DNA of 64,000 bases from Chloroflexota bacterium. Lineage in GTDB: Bacteria > Chloroflexota > UBA11872 > VXOZ01. Position numbers and translations under genes: made by a program. This document shows positions 21,134 to 30,397 of this stretch, one piece after another. Positions within the stretch are counted from its first letter, which is position 1. Each line of letters begins with the position of its first letter. The stretch spans positions 544,001 through 608,000 of the forward strand of contig OZ219801.1 in the NCBI GenBank assembly GCA_964291655.2, written 5' to 3'. Below the pieces are notes generated by a model. That model did not search any database, was not told where the DNA came from, and worked only from the letters and a program-made list of their open reading frames with translations.

Positions 21134-21868
21134 CTACGTGAGCTCAGGCTTCTGCAACACATAGATGATAAAATTCGGCACGCGGAATTCATCGGCGAAC
21201 CCGGGATTCGCGGCAAGCTGTTCGTCCGAAGGGGTTGGCTCCAGCAGGGACTGTAGCAAGAATCCCGCCTCCAAGAAGGCTGAGATGTAGCTGGAGAGCG
21301 TCCGGTGCATGTTGATGAACGGCGCGCCCCACCATTCGAATTCCCGAGGCCCTTCGGCGGTATAGTTGTCAATTGCATAAAAGAGCTTCCGGTCACCCTG
21401 TCTAATCCAGCCGTCGGGCTGCGCCATACGCATCGGGTGTACGTTACAAACAATGAAGCGGCCTCCAGGCCTCAAGACTCGAAACGCGGCCCGGACCGAC
21501 CGTGCATAGTCTTGCACGTCGACAAGCACAATGTATGAGACGGCGAGATCGAAACTCTCATCGTCTATACCGGCAAGGTCTTCGGCGTTTTCGATCGAAT
21601 AGGTTTCAGTGAGTCCCGCCGCCGCGCGCGCTTGCGCGATGAGGGGCTCGGTGAGGTCAATTCCGGTGACATTCGCGCCAAGTGCGGCCAGGACTCGGCA
21701 AAACCGCCCTTCGCCACAGCCGATGTCCAGCACGCGACGACTGGCGACATCTCCCAGCGCCTCAAGCATCCATGTGTCGAGCATGCCGGTGCGGACCGAC
21801 TGGTCCTGTTGCACCCAATCTTGCGCGTGCTTGGTCCACTGCGTACGCAGTTGCTGCTCTAGGTTCAT
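21134..21868 (-). CDS. Class I SAM-dependent methyltransferase
   Basis: VLDIGCGEG, GIDL, FDLAVS, RVLRPGGRF, HRTLSSYI. Confidence 0.92.
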   Translation of the reverse strand: MNLEQQLRTQWTKHAQDWVQQDQSVRTGMLDTWMLEALGDVASRRVLDIGCGEGRFCRVLAALGANVTGIDLTEPLIAQARAAAGLTETYSIENAEDLAGIDDESFDLAVSYIVLVDVQDYARSVRAAFRVLRPGGRFIVCNVHPMRMAQPDGWIRQGDRKLFYAIDNYTAEGPREFEWWGAPFINMHRTLSSYISAFLEAGFLLQSLLEPTPSDEQLAANPGFADEFRVPNFIIYVLQKPELT

Positions 21869-21915
21869 ATACCAAACGCACCACTAAGAAGGGAACAAAT
21901 CTGTGCTGAGAATTA

Positions 21916-21990
21916 TGGCTCCGCGGCGAGGACTCGAACCTCGAACCAGACGGTTAACAGCCGCCTGCTCTACCATTGAGCTACCGCGGA
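21916..21990 (-). tRNA. tRNA-Asn (GTT)
   Basis: Reverse complement is TCCGCGGTAGCTCAATGGTAGAGCAGGCGGCTGTTAACCGTCTGGTTCGAGGTTCGAGTCCTCGCCGCGGAGCCA: cloverleaf, GTT anticodon, encoded CCA. Confidence 0.97.
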
Positions 21991-22004
21991 AAGCGGACGA
22001 TTCC

Positions 22005-22034
22005 AGTGTACCAACGCGCGGCGCAGCCGGTCAA
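22005..22034 (-). promoter_or_regulatory. Sigma70-type promoter of tRNA-Asn
   Basis: TTGACC-18 nt-TACACT with TG extension, 14 nt upstream of the tRNA. Confidence 0.6.
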
Positions 22035-22350
22035 CGACCGCGTCAAAATCCACTACGCGAGCGAGGTGGTAGTTTCCACCGTTCTTCAAGCACATTGGAC
22101 CCTGAAACCTTGTTTGAACACGTGTCAGGAAACTCTATCCGCCACCGCGGACACAGTGAACACAGACTTGCTGCCGGAGCGCCCTCGACTGGCGCATGTC
22201 GAATCAAAATGCAGTGGGCATAGTCTCGCCGGGGATGTTCGCGAGCAGGAAGTTTACCGAATTTTCATATTCGGCAGTCTCCCTTACAGTGATGCGGCGA
22301 CAAAGTCCAAATCTCCAGCGAGAATTTGAGTGCCTCCCGCGCCCAGCGAG

Positions 22351-23235
22351 CTACAAAGGCAACAAGCTATCAACCATAATGGCAAGGAACAATAGCGCAA
22401 GGTAAGCCAGCGAGTAAAGGTACATAGGCTTCGCCTTTACTATGTCCGGCTGGTTCCAAAGCTGCCAAGCGTAGTAAATGAAACCGGCGCCAAGCATGAC
22501 CGCGGCGATTAGATAGACAACACTCAACTCCCCTGTGGCGAAGAATGCAATGGCGAGGGCGACGACGAGGAGCGTATAGAGGAAGATTTGCTTCTTCGTC
22601 TTGTCAACACCGGCAACAACTGGCAGCATGGGGACCCCTGCACTCGCGTAGTCATCCTTGAGTAGGAGTGCTAACGCCCAGAAATGTGGCGGCGTCCAAA
22701 AGAAAATCAAGGCAAAGAGAAAGAACGCCGGCAGACCAAGATCTCCAGTGACCGCCGCCCAGCCCACCATCGGCGGGATCGAGCCGGCAGCGCCTCCGAT
22801 GACGATGTTCTGCGGCGTCGCGCGCTTTAGAAGTCCGGTGTAAACAAAAACATAAAAGATCGTCGCGCCCAGCGTCAGGAGCGCACTCAGGAGGTTGGCA
22901 AATGTGAATAAGAGTGCAAAGGCGGCAATATTGAGCGCCACACCAAAGAAAAGCGCGTGCTGAGGTTTGATCGCTCCCCTGGCAATGGGCCGATTTCTGG
23001 TGCGCGCCATCTGCTCATCGATGTCTCGATCCATGTAGTGGTTTAGCGCGTTGGCACCCCCAGAGCCGAGAGCACCGCCACTCAGTACAACCACAATTAG
23101 AATCCAGTGCGGTACGCCATTGCTCGCGAGAAACATGCCGCCCAAAGCAGTAACCAATAGCAATGAAATGATCCGTGGCTTGGTCAATGCCACGTAGTTG
23201 CGAATCTGGCTATAGAATTCAGTTGTTTGGGCCAC
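22351..23235 (-). CDS. ctaB: Protoheme IX farnesyltransferase (heme o synthase)
   Basis: LTKPRI, NHYMDRDIDEQMARTRNRP, NIVIGGAAG, FFWTPPHFWAL, DDYASAGVPMLPV. Confidence 0.96.
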   Translation of the reverse strand: MAQTTEFYSQIRNYVALTKPRIISLLLVTALGGMFLASNGVPHWILIVVVLSGGALGSGGANALNHYMDRDIDEQMARTRNRPIARGAIKPQHALFFGVALNIAAFALLFTFANLLSALLTLGATIFYVFVYTGLLKRATPQNIVIGGAAGSIPPMVGWAAVTGDLGLPAFFLFALIFFWTPPHFWALALLLKDDYASAGVPMLPVVAGVDKTKKQIFLYTLLVVALAIAFFATGELSVVYLIAAVMLGAGFIYYAWQLWNQPDIVKAKPMYLYSLAYLALLFLAIMVDSLLPL

Positions 23236-23675
23236 TATGCAAGGGACCTGTCACTCCCTGAGACCTGTATTCGCACCACTCCGTAAACTCTGCAACAAGA
23301 CCCCCACCGCAGGTTAGCCTTGGCATCCTGCGCAATTATGTCGAGCAACACTTGCGCCAGCACCTTGTGACGCGGCACGCCCGAACCCTATTCCTGTCCG
23401 CCAAGCCCTCGCGTATCCGGGACTGAATTCACAGACCGATTTACTCATCAACCGTGGTGAAGCTCGCGAGCAGAACAAGCAGAAGCAACTGTAGCAGTTG
23501 CGGAAGGACGACAAAGTATGTGCAAAGTTTCACAAAGTCACAGTAGCATGTGCCGTTTTGTCGGTCAAATTGCAATGTGACAGACTAGACAGGTTGGAAT
23601 GGCATCAGACAGCATTCGAGGAACGAGCCGCGAACAGTGTGATCTTTGCGCTAGCCAGCTCTGAGATGAGGGCCA

Positions 23676-25097
23676 TCAGGCGTTGGCGAGCGCGGCGCGG
23701 GATTCTCTTAGACGTTCTCGAGCACGCTCTATCGCTGCTATGACTTGGACAGGCGCAGTACCCCCAGGAATGTCGCGGGCCGCAATTGATCCTTCCACCG
23801 AAATCACGTCAAACACTCCTGCGCTGATGCGATTGCAGACCTCTTGATATTCAGCAAGAGAAAGGTCGGCAAGCCCGCAGCCCCGCTCGAGGCAAAGACG
23901 TACGATGCTGCCTACTACCGCGTGCGCTTCGCGAAACGGCAGCCCCTTGCGAACAAGGTAGTCAGCGAGATCGGTGGCAGTTGAAAACCCACCCTCAGCG
24001 GCCTCTCCCATACGCGCGGCATCGACCCGGAGCGTCCCAAGTACGGCGTTCATGATGTCAAGACATGCCACCGTTGTATCCACACCATCAAAGAGCGCTT
24101 CTTTGTCTTCCTGCAAGTCCCGATTGTAGGTCAGCGGCAAGCCCTCTATGAGCGTGAGCAGAGAGAAGAGGTCGCCGAAAACGCGACCGGCCTTACCCCG
24201 CGTGAGTTCCGCGGAATCGGGGTTCTTCTTTTGAGGCATGATGCTGGAGCCTGTAGCGTAGGCGTCGTCAAGTTCGACGAAGCCGAATTCGGCTGACGAC
24301 CAGAGTATCACTTCAGAAGCAAGCCGAGAGAGGTGCACCATGATTTGGCTGCACACGTGCAGCACTTCGATTGCAAAGTCGCGGTCGCTCACGGCATCCA
24401 TGCTATTCGCGGCAATCGCCGCAAAGCCAAGCTCTCGCGCCACATACTCCCTGTCAAGCGGATAGGGTGCGCCTGCCAGCGCCGCCGCGCCCAGGGGCAA
24501 GACGTTCACGCGCGTCCGGCACTCCCGCGACCGTGCAAAATCACGGGATAACATCTCCACGTACGCCAGCAAATGGTGACCGAACGTGACAGGTTGTGCG
24601 CGCTGCAGATGGGTGTACCCAGGCATGGCGGTAGTAGCGTGCGCCGCGGCTTGGTCGAGCAGCGTTTCTTGGAACCGGCACAGTTGCTGACCGAGCGAGT
24701 CCAGCGCCCTCCGGCACCACAGGCGAACATCGGTCGCCACCTGATCGTTCCGGCTGCGTGCTGTGTGAAGCTTGCCTGCCGCAGCTCCCACCCGTTCCTC
24801 CAGGAGGTCTTCCACCGCTGAGTGCACGTCTTCCCAGCGCTCGGCATCCGGGGCGATTGCGCCGCTTTCAATGCCCTCCAGGATTGCCGTAAGGCCCATA
24901 CAAATCGCGTCAGCATCCTCGCGCGAGATGATCTCTTGCTTCACAAGCATGCGGCAATGCGCCAGGGAGCCGGCAATATCCTCGCCGTAGAGCCGCCAGT
25001 CCACCGGCAACGACGTCGAAAACGCCAGCATGTCACCGGCTATTGGTTTGGCAAAGCGCCCGCCCCACAGGGTGGACGGGTGTTCAGACTCTTCCAT
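23676..25097 (-). CDS. argH: Argininosuccinate lyase
   Basis: LWGGRF, HTARSRNDQVATD, PGYTHLQRAQP, GSSIMPQKKNPD. Confidence 0.98.
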   Translation of the reverse strand: MEESEHPSTLWGGRFAKPIAGDMLAFSTSLPVDWRLYGEDIAGSLAHCRMLVKQEIISREDADAICMGLTAILEGIESGAIAPDAERWEDVHSAVEDLLEERVGAAAGKLHTARSRNDQVATDVRLWCRRALDSLGQQLCRFQETLLDQAAAHATTAMPGYTHLQRAQPVTFGHHLLAYVEMLSRDFARSRECRTRVNVLPLGAAALAGAPYPLDREYVARELGFAAIAANSMDAVSDRDFAIEVLHVCSQIMVHLSRLASEVILWSSAEFGFVELDDAYATGSSIMPQKKNPDSAELTRGKAGRVFGDLFSLLTLIEGLPLTYNRDLQEDKEALFDGVDTTVACLDIMNAVLGTLRVDAARMGEAAEGGFSTATDLADYLVRKGLPFREAHAVVGSIVRLCLERGCGLADLSLAEYQEVCNRISAGVFDVISVEGSIAARDIPGGTAPVQVIAAIERARERLRESRAALANA

Positions 25098-25362
25098 GAA
25101 TACCTAATCCAAATTCCCTCAATCAGCCCCAATGGTCACCGGCTTTTCACCGCCTCCAAACGGGCGAGGCCCGAGTCTCAAGGAGTGTCCGTCACATGCA
25201 GCGTGAGAACTTGCCTCCTGCCGGCGACTGCGCGCACACGGATGGGAGGTCTGAGTTTCAGCGTGCAAGGGAGTAATGTAACGCCGAAATATACATTCTC
25301 ACTCAAGCCGGTCAAGATCTCTTCTCAATCTCGGCCTGCGCGTCAACTCTCCTGCCCTGCGC

Positions 25363-26196
25363 TTAGCCGACAACGCGATAGCCCAGTTCTTTCCGTCCAT
25401 CGACTCTACACCGGATGAGCGCTCCGCTCTCTACTTGCGCGCCAAGCAAGACTTCAGCCGGTCTACGATTCCAGCCAAAGAGTAGCGCAATCTCCCGCGC
25501 CGTGCTAAGCGGAGCATTGGCCACCGCCTGGCGTACAAGCTGGGCTTGTGCTTCTTCCTCTGACAGAGCGAGGGTCAAGTGCTCTGGAGGAATGTGTCGC
25601 TCGACCAAGTCCCAGTCGTGCATAGAGAAGCCCTCCACACTGCCGCCGGCGACAGTGATCAAGTATCGTTCCTGAAGCGAGCGCAACGCTGCCTGATACT
25701 GCCGTTTGCTCGCGCCAGAAAGCGATTGTACTTCCCGGCGAAGGTCGCGCGACCGAATTGGGCCCTGGACAGCGACCACCTGCAGCATGTGTCGCTCAAC
25801 CGGACCTAGCAGGCTACTCTCCAACACGACATCAACCGGTTCATGCAGTCCCCACAGCATACGGAATGCGGGGAACAACTGCCAAGCGATGAAGGCGGCC
25901 CGGTGGCGGAGATAGTGGCCGTAGGCGCAGCGCTTCGCTGCCGGCAGCGTGTTCTTCCAATGCCACACTTCCACAGAAAAGGTCTCGAGGCTACCCCTGG
26001 CGCGCAGCTCTGCATCGCTCACATTGGGCCATGGCAACCCGCCTGGAGAAAAGAGATGTACAAAACCCCGCTCCGCCACGTATGCCGCTGCATCGGCCTC
26101 ATTGAGCACTCCGCGACCGTCATCGAGAAAGTACTTCTGCCGGCGCTCTTCCTGAAGGGCCTCAGGCGAGACAGCGTCTCCAACGTCAACAGCCAT
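25363..26196 (-). CDS. Winged-helix DNA-binding protein, AlkZ/YcaQ-related (DNA glycosylase-like)
   Basis: WHWK motif, GPIRSRDLRR...ALRSLQERYLI wHTH segment, WDLVER, LFGW. Confidence 0.55.
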   Translation of the reverse strand: MAVDVGDAVSPEALQEERRQKYFLDDGRGVLNEADAAAYVAERGFVHLFSPGGLPWPNVSDAELRARGSLETFSVEVWHWKNTLPAAKRCAYGHYLRHRAAFIAWQLFPAFRMLWGLHEPVDVVLESSLLGPVERHMLQVVAVQGPIRSRDLRREVQSLSGASKRQYQAALRSLQERYLITVAGGSVEGFSMHDWDLVERHIPPEHLTLALSEEEAQAQLVRQAVANAPLSTAREIALLFGWNRRPAEVLLGAQVESGALIRCRVDGRKELGYRVVG

Positions 26197-26282
26197 GCCA
26201 CTGTATGCTCACTCGCTCCCTATGCGGGTACGCCGGCAAAATGGTACGGGGGAGCCCTCCTCCAGGTAAAGTCTGCGCTCCG

Positions 26283-27548
26283 CTACTTGTCCTCCGCATC
26301 ACTCGACTCAAGCCGTTTGGTTTGAGGCAAGAGCGGCTTGTCCTCGCCGTGCAATTGCTGACGCGCTTGCACCTGGGTGCTCAGCCCCCAGATCTTTACA
26401 AAGCCTTCTGCGGCGCGGTGGTCGAAAGCATCGCCGCTCAAGTAGGTAGCCAGGTCTTCACGGTAAAGCGAATGCGGCGATTGCCGTCCGACAACGGTAG
26501 CTTGACCGCGGTAGAGCTTCACTCGCACCGTGCCGCTCACCGAGCGTTGGGTGCTGTCTACAAACGCCATCAGATCACGGTTGAGCGTAGAAAACCAGAG
26601 ACCGCCGTAAACAAGGCGTGAAATCTCTTCCGCCACCACGCGCTTGAAGTGCGACTGGTCGCTGGCGAGCGTCAGTTGCTCCAGAGCCTCATGGGCCTTG
26701 AAGAGGATCGTACCCGCCGGACATTCATAGATCTCGCGGGACTTGATGCCAACCACGCGGTTCTCCACGTGGTCCACGCGCCCCACGCCGTGGGCGCCGC
26801 CCAAGTCGTTGAGTTCTTGGATGAGATCGACGCCGTTCTTTTCCTGTCCGTTGATGGCTACGGGTATGCCTTCTTCGAAGACAATCTCGACGTAGGCGGG
26901 CGTATCTGGCGCGTCCTCCGGTGCGACGGTCCACTCGTACGCATCCTCCGGCGGCTCCACCCACGGGTCTTCTAATGGGCCGGATTCGACGCTGCGCCCC
27001 CACAGATTCTGGTCAAGGCTATACGGCTGACGCGATCCTTCAGGCACCGGAATGTCATGTTCCTTGGCGTACGCCTCCTCTTGGTCACGGGTCAGACCCC
27101 ACTCGCGCACCGGCGCAATTACCTGTAGCTCAGGCGCTAGCGCATGCACAGAGACGTCGAAACGCACTTGATCGTTACCCTTGCCGGTGGAGCCATGCGC
27201 CACCGCTTCGGCATCTTCCTCGCGGGCAACATCCACGAGGAGCTTCGCAATGAGCGGACGACCCAATGCCGTCGCCAAGTAATAGGCATTCTCGTACACA
27301 GCGCCGGCCTTGAGCGCCGGCCAGATGAAGTGATCGATAAAGATGTCACGCGCGTCCACCACATGAGCGTTGCGCGCGCCGGTCTTAAGCGCTTTGTCGC
27401 GAATCGCAGGCAGGTCCGGCTCGTGCCCAAGATCGATGGTAAGCGTGACCACGTCCATGTCGTAATGCTCTTGCAGCCAGCGTATGCACACGCTGGTGTC
27501 CAGGCCACCGGAATAGGCCAGGACTACGCGCCCTCGGCGAGTAGCCAT
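26283..27548 (-). CDS. argG: Argininosuccinate synthase
   Basis: VLAYSGGLDTS, HGSTGKGNDQVRF, ENRVVGIKSREIYE. Confidence 0.98.
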   Translation of the reverse strand: MATRRGRVVLAYSGGLDTSVCIRWLQEHYDMDVVTLTIDLGHEPDLPAIRDKALKTGARNAHVVDARDIFIDHFIWPALKAGAVYENAYYLATALGRPLIAKLLVDVAREEDAEAVAHGSTGKGNDQVRFDVSVHALAPELQVIAPVREWGLTRDQEEAYAKEHDIPVPEGSRQPYSLDQNLWGRSVESGPLEDPWVEPPEDAYEWTVAPEDAPDTPAYVEIVFEEGIPVAINGQEKNGVDLIQELNDLGGAHGVGRVDHVENRVVGIKSREIYECPAGTILFKAHEALEQLTLASDQSHFKRVVAEEISRLVYGGLWFSTLNRDLMAFVDSTQRSVSGTVRVKLYRGQATVVGRQSPHSLYREDLATYLSGDAFDHRAAEGFVKIWGLSTQVQARQQLHGEDKPLLPQTKRLESSDAEDK

Positions 27549-27665
27549 TATGATGTTCTCCTCTTCACCAAGATTGGTTCATCTCCTAATCATTCGTATC
27601 GGCAAATGCCAATGCCACCCTTACTCTCATTCTGTCTATTGGATGGCAACTGAAAAGGAACCCAT

Positions 27666-27977
27666 CTAGCGGGGCAATAATTCTAGTGCGGCCAAGACAC
27701 CGATTACAACAATCGCAACCGCGTACAGGTGGAGCCGCAGCCGCAACTCCTGTTCACGCAGATCTGCTTTGGTCGCGCGCTCGTTCACGGCATTCTCCAG
27801 CGCCTTTAGGTCGGAGCGCATTGCATCAATGTCCGCTTTCACGACCGATATATCTGCTTTGGTAGCAAGCGCGTTGTGAGATTCGCCCATCGCGTCGATC
27901 ATGGCTTCGGCTTTCGTTTCGCTAAAGCCTGCGCCGATGAGCGTCTTTATTGCCTTGTGGGTGTCGAGCATTGCCAT
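27666..27977 (-). CDS. DUF1640/CCDC90-like coiled-coil protein with C-terminal TM
   Basis: LDTHKAIKTLIGAGFSETKAEA, two ATKAD repeats, hydrophobic C-terminus. Confidence 0.75.
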   Translation of the reverse strand: MAMLDTHKAIKTLIGAGFSETKAEAMIDAMGESHNALATKADISVVKADIDAMRSDLKALENAVNERATKADLREQELRLRLHLYAVAIVVIGVLAALELLPR

Positions 27978-28040
27978 CTGTCTTGTTCTCTCTGCCACTT
28001 ACACGGGTCTGCTAACCCGAATCGCTCGTTACCGGAGTCG

Positions 28041-29228
28041 CTAAAGGATCCCCTGCAGCGTCTTCTCAATTCGCGTCAGACCCTCATCGGCTTCCGCATC
28101 GGTCAGGGTGAGAGCTGGAGCCATACGGATGCTGGGCGGCGCCACGCGATTCACAATGAGACCGCACTCCAAGGCGTGTGCCAAGAACTTCTCCGCCCGT
28201 TCTTCACCTAAGTCGAATGCCAGGAGCAAGCCCTTGCCGCGTATGTCCGTGATAGCGTTGCCGTTTCGGGCGCTGATTTCAGCAAGTCCGGCCTTGATGC
28301 GTCCTTCCTGGCGGGCGGCATTCTGCCACAATTCATTCTCGATGACATGCCGCACCACGGCCGCAGCGCCAGCGCAGATGAACGGATTGCCGCCAAACGT
28401 GGAACCGTGATCGCCAGGTACAAAGACCGCGGCCCGCTCGTTGACCATACACGCTCCAATAGGCAATCCACCGCCGAGCGCCTTCGCCAGCGCCATCACG
28501 TCCGGCTGAATGCCATAGTGCTCGTAAGCGAACATTCGTCCCGTGCGGCCGATGCCGGTCTGCACTTCGTCCAACGCCAACAACAGGTCGTTTTCGTCAC
28601 AGAGATTGCTTAGCCCTTGCACGTAATCCTGGCCGGCCTCGTAGACGCCGCCCTCGCCCTGAATAAGCTCCACCAAGATGCCGGCCGTCTTCGGTCCCAC
28701 CGCCGCTTGTGCCGCCGCAAGGTCGTTGAAGGGCACCCGCACGAAACCCGCCGGCATGGGGACGAAGTCTTCCTGGTAGTGCGGATTCGCTGTGGCGGCC
28801 ACGGCAGCGATTGTGCGCCCGTGAAAGGCGTTGCTCATAACGATAATTTCATGCGCCCCGTCACGGTTCAACTTGCCGTATTTTCTAACGATCTTGATAG
28901 TCGTCTCAAGCGCCTCCGAGCCGCTATTCACAAAGAAGACCCGATCCAGCGCGGAGTTTTCTACCAGTAGCTCTGCCAATTCATACTGCCGCGGCACATG
29001 AAAGAGCGAGGACGTATGGAGCAGAGTTGTAGCTTGCTGGGCAATTGCTTTCACCTGTACCGGATGCGCATGTCCCAGTGCATTTACAGCAATGCCTTGC
29101 AAGAAGTCCAGGTAACGCCTGCCGCGGTCATCCCACACCCAAGAGCCATCGCCGGATACCAACGTAACCGGTAGGCGGTTGAATGTGTTCATGTAATACT
29201 GCTTCTCTTTGGCAGGCCAGTCGGTCAT
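28041..29228 (-). CDS. argD: Acetylornithine aminotransferase
   Basis: YLDFLQGIAVNALGH, NSGSEA, FHGRT, DEVQTGIGRTG, AKALGGG, HGSTFGGNP; located in the arg cluster. Confidence 0.93.
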   Translation of the reverse strand: MTDWPAKEKQYYMNTFNRLPVTLVSGDGSWVWDDRGRRYLDFLQGIAVNALGHAHPVQVKAIAQQATTLLHTSSLFHVPRQYELAELLVENSALDRVFFVNSGSEALETTIKIVRKYGKLNRDGAHEIIVMSNAFHGRTIAAVAATANPHYQEDFVPMPAGFVRVPFNDLAAAQAAVGPKTAGILVELIQGEGGVYEAGQDYVQGLSNLCDENDLLLALDEVQTGIGRTGRMFAYEHYGIQPDVMALAKALGGGLPIGACMVNERAAVFVPGDHGSTFGGNPFICAGAAAVVRHVIENELWQNAARQEGRIKAGLAEISARNGNAITDIRGKGLLLAFDLGEERAEKFLAHALECGLIVNRVAPPSIRMAPALTLTDAEADEGLTRIEKTLQGIL

Positions 29229-29437
29229 GCCGCTCTCTTCCTTCCCACAAAGTTGTGAAAGTCGTCACTTGCCTAGTATAGCGCAGCCCTGGATGGTTTT
29301 GAACCACATGGCCTCGTCCGCAACCGAAGATACGTCATCCCAATGATGCGATTACACATGGACAGGGAGCGCGAAAATCGCTAAACTAGCCCGCAGCAGC
29401 AACTTTCCCCTAACTACGGCAAGGAGTTTCTACTCAT

Positions 29438-30298
29438 ATGAAGTTCATCATGTTCACCAAGCATCTTGAGCATCTCAGCTACGAGGAACTGGCGGATACG
29501 ATTGCCGGCATCGGCTTGGACGGCGTCGATCTGACCGTGCGCAGCCCCGGCCATGTGCTGCCCGAAAACGTCAAGACGGATCTTCCCAAAGCCGTCAAAG
29601 CCATACGAGATCGGGGCTTGGAAGTCGGCTGGATTACGACGAACATCTACAGCGCCGATGCGCCCCACGCCGAGGACATCCTGGCATCTGCCAGCGATCT
29701 GGGCATATCGCAGTTCAAGCTCGGCTATCACAAGTACGACGGCTTTGGTAATATCAAGCGCCAGCTTGCCGAGGTGCGAGTTGCCGTCCAAAGCATCGAA
29801 CGCCTCTGCCACAAGTACGACATGTGCGGCGGCATGCACGTCCACTCCGGTCCAAACTTGGCTGCAATGGCTCCCATCATCGGACTGCAAATCGAGGGCT
29901 TCGACCCACAGGCAATCGGTCTCTACGCCGACCTGGGCCATATGGGTATTGAAGGCAGCTTCGGCGGCTGGATTCAAGGCCTTGACCTGCTCTCCGACCG
30001 ACTGGTGATGCTCGCGATGAAGAATATGGGACAGTTCTGGGAAGAAGACGCTAAGACTGGCGAGTACAAATGGAACCGGAAGCTCGTACCCCTCGATCGC
30101 GGCTTCACGCCGTACACCGAAGCATTCGGCTACCTCAAGCAGATTGGCTACGACGGCTACGCCTCCTTCCATAGCGAATACCAAGGCGCCGCCTCGTGGA
30201 AGAGCCTGGACCACGACGAACTCATCGAACAGACCAAAGCGGACTTTGCTTATGTCAAGAGCATATGTGCGGAACTGGGAATCCCACACGGCGTATAG
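29438..30298 (+). CDS. Sugar phosphate isomerase/epimerase (xylose isomerase-like TIM barrel)
   Basis: MFTKHL, GLDGVDLTVRSPGHV, HVHSG, DLGH, FHSEY. Confidence 0.85.
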   Translation: MKFIMFTKHLEHLSYEELADTIAGIGLDGVDLTVRSPGHVLPENVKTDLPKAVKAIRDRGLEVGWITTNIYSADAPHAEDILASASDLGISQFKLGYHKYDGFGNIKRQLAEVRVAVQSIERLCHKYDMCGGMHVHSGPNLAAMAPIIGLQIEGFDPQAIGLYADLGHMGIEGSFGGWIQGLDLLSDRLVMLAMKNMGQFWEEDAKTGEYKWNRKLVPLDRGFTPYTEAFGYLKQIGYDGYASFHSEYQGAASWKSLDHDELIEQTKADFAYVKSICAELGIPHGV

Positions 30299-30397
30299 CC
30301 GGATTGCAGCGTGACGCTTGCTCACGAGACTGATTGCAAACGTAGCATAGGGGACTGTACGGCAAGAAATCGTCCGTAACTTAAGCGAGGGAAGACC

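Noticed and set aside
13486-21915. Intact integrative element at tRNA-Asn
   Set aside because: No integrase and no duplicated tRNA 3' end were found by eye.
21903-22223. ORF 'MLRIMAPRRGLEPRTRRLTAACSTIELPR'
   Set aside because: Spurious translation of the antisense strand of tRNA-Asn.
29414-30325. 303-aa minus-strand ORF
   Set aside because: Antisense shadow of the TIM-barrel gene with no motifs. The same applies to most other overlapping ORFs in the track.
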